From positions 1,426,001 to 1,490,000 of the forward strand of contig NEEC01000002.1 in assembly GCA_002189035.1 (NCBI GenBank): 64,000 bases of DNA. Reading direction: 5' to 3'. This document shows, in pieces, positions 62,678 through 64,000 of this stretch. Numbering within the stretch: position 1 is the first letter of the stretch; each line of letters opens with the position of its first letter. Source of the DNA: Utricularia gibba. Its lineage: Eukaryota; Plantae; Magnoliophyta. The notes beneath the pieces were generated by a model, which searched no databases, had not been told where the DNA came from, and saw only the letters and a program-made list of their open reading frames with translations. A program made the position numbers and the translations under genes.

Positions 62678-64000
62678 CTACCCAGACCAGTCCACTATGG
62701 AAAGTGTTGCGTTGGAGTAAGTTCTCTTAAAGCTCAACAAATCAGAACAAAAATGATGCCTCGTCGCTGTGTTAAATTTTTCTTCATCAAGTGAAACTCT
62801 AACTTTTTCCAGATTTGGAGAACGCAGGACTACGAACTTGATGAACTTCGCCTCATTCGGCACATCATTTACGTCAAGGAAGTCCATCTCCTTCAACTGA
62901 GCAAAAATTATGGTGTTGTCATCCCAAACTTGCAAAGGGGCTTCGTTTTCTGGGTCTACCTGGGCATCGACATCGGCGCACTGCAAGAGAATGATAAAGT
63001 TGCTGTAACTGCAGAAAGGAAACCCACCATAACACAAAGAGTATGTATGCATATCTGTACTCTGATTTTTAGATATCTCAAATTTGGAGAATTCCTCAAC
63101 ATTTCGCACAAACCCAGAACTTGTTCAGCCACATCAAATTCAACTCCATACACCTGCATGTGCCATAAATGTTGATTCGCTACTGGATCAAGAGTGTGGT
63201 TTCTAGAGCAGTGGAGGCCATGAATGCCTCTACAGAGGTGCTGAAAAGAGGCGGTCATTGTGTCACATGCAATGTATTGTATGCTACAACAGAAGGGAAA
63301 CAAGTAATATGGTTTAGCAGAAAATTTGGCACTACCTGGAAGAATACACCTCCCAGAATAAGTCTCTCAAGCTTAGGGATGCTCTCAAAAAATGCATGAT
63401 AATTGCACTTTGAGCAGTTTGCATTGGGAATGTTGAAATCACCAGTATCAACTAGTATATTAGTCAAAGAGGGAGTCTTCTCCAAGCATATACTGCTAAA
63501 GTGACCTTCTACATTCAGGCATAAAAGGTTTTGTCCACGCACCTTCAAGTTCAGCGGATCATCATGAATCCCATAAACATCGAAGAACCTTGACAACTCG
63601 AGAGTTTCAAGAAAAGGGCAGCCTGAAAGAAGCCTCTCAAGATCTTTTTCGAAAAATAGAGCTTGTCTAAGCGCGAGGTATTTCAGGTGCAAAAATCCAT
63701 CGAAATTTGCAGAAACCTGCAAAGTACATCTAGCAAACTCCAGGTGTCTCAGATTACTGCAAGACAAGGTCTCGAGTGATATGTCGAACCAGTCAGCACC
63801 CCCTAGTTTAACAACCAACTCCCGAACATCTTTTGTTGAAGCTATGTAAACCCAAAGGCTAGCCAACGAAAAGAACTCCAAGTCCGAGCTTGAGAGCGAG
63901 AACTTGTGAAGAGAACCTTTATGATGCAGCAAAACGTAGGTTATGAAGTCGGCTGCGCGATTAGGTCCCAGGCGAGCCAAGCTGCGACGATCATATACAA
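62678..64000 (-). CDS. F-box/FBD/LRR-repeat protein, 5' end beyond the window
   Basis: FITYVLLHHKGSLHKFSLS, CSNLRHLEFARC, FLHLKYLAL, LLSGCPFLETLEL, LRNSPNLRYLKI, and FBD-like EAKFIKFVVLRSPNLEKVRV..LLSFKR.YSNA. Confidence 0.85.

Noticed and set aside
186-63399. Most ORF-track entries of 60-200 aa
   Set aside because: They are antisense or off-frame shadows of spliced plant genes, or exon-plus-intron read-throughs, often from GTG/TTG starts; there is no independent support.
1-64000. CRISPR arrays, rRNA or tRNA genes, operons, prokaryotic defence systems
   Set aside because: None seen; the window is intron-containing plant nuclear DNA.

Overview
Eukaryotic (flowering-plant) nuclear DNA, not prokaryotic: about 30 spliced or single-exon genes in 64 kb (roughly one per 2 kb) with short GT-AG introns and very short intergenic spacers. 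This density suggests a miniaturised eudicot genome (inference only, e.g. Lentibulariaceae-like). Gene order: BUB3, divergent TFIIA-gamma, ADA1/Tad1, AGP, CBSX, YIP1, RPS28, NIPA Mg transporter, secreted 6-Cys peptide, CDK-like kinase, two small unknown proteins, PAC2, RabG3/Rab7, receptor-like kinase, F-box relic, AP-3 sigma, RAD-like MYB, SYP112-like pseudogene, BRUTUS, USP, IPT, IST1-like, unknown protein, CLE peptide, COL16-like, RAD23, PSRP-3 relic, metallo-beta-lactamase-fold protein, PRP28/RH21 helicase, partial F-box/FBD gene. The strongest window-wide signal is that five otherwise intact genes are each broken by a single missing base in a 3-6 nt homopolymer. That is most simply explained by assembly indel error. 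I did not find a convincing novel multi-gene system; the best biological leads are the divergent TFIIA-gamma, the atypical CLE, the small secreted and orphan proteins, and three decayed genes. Gene identities come from recalled family motifs, not database searches.
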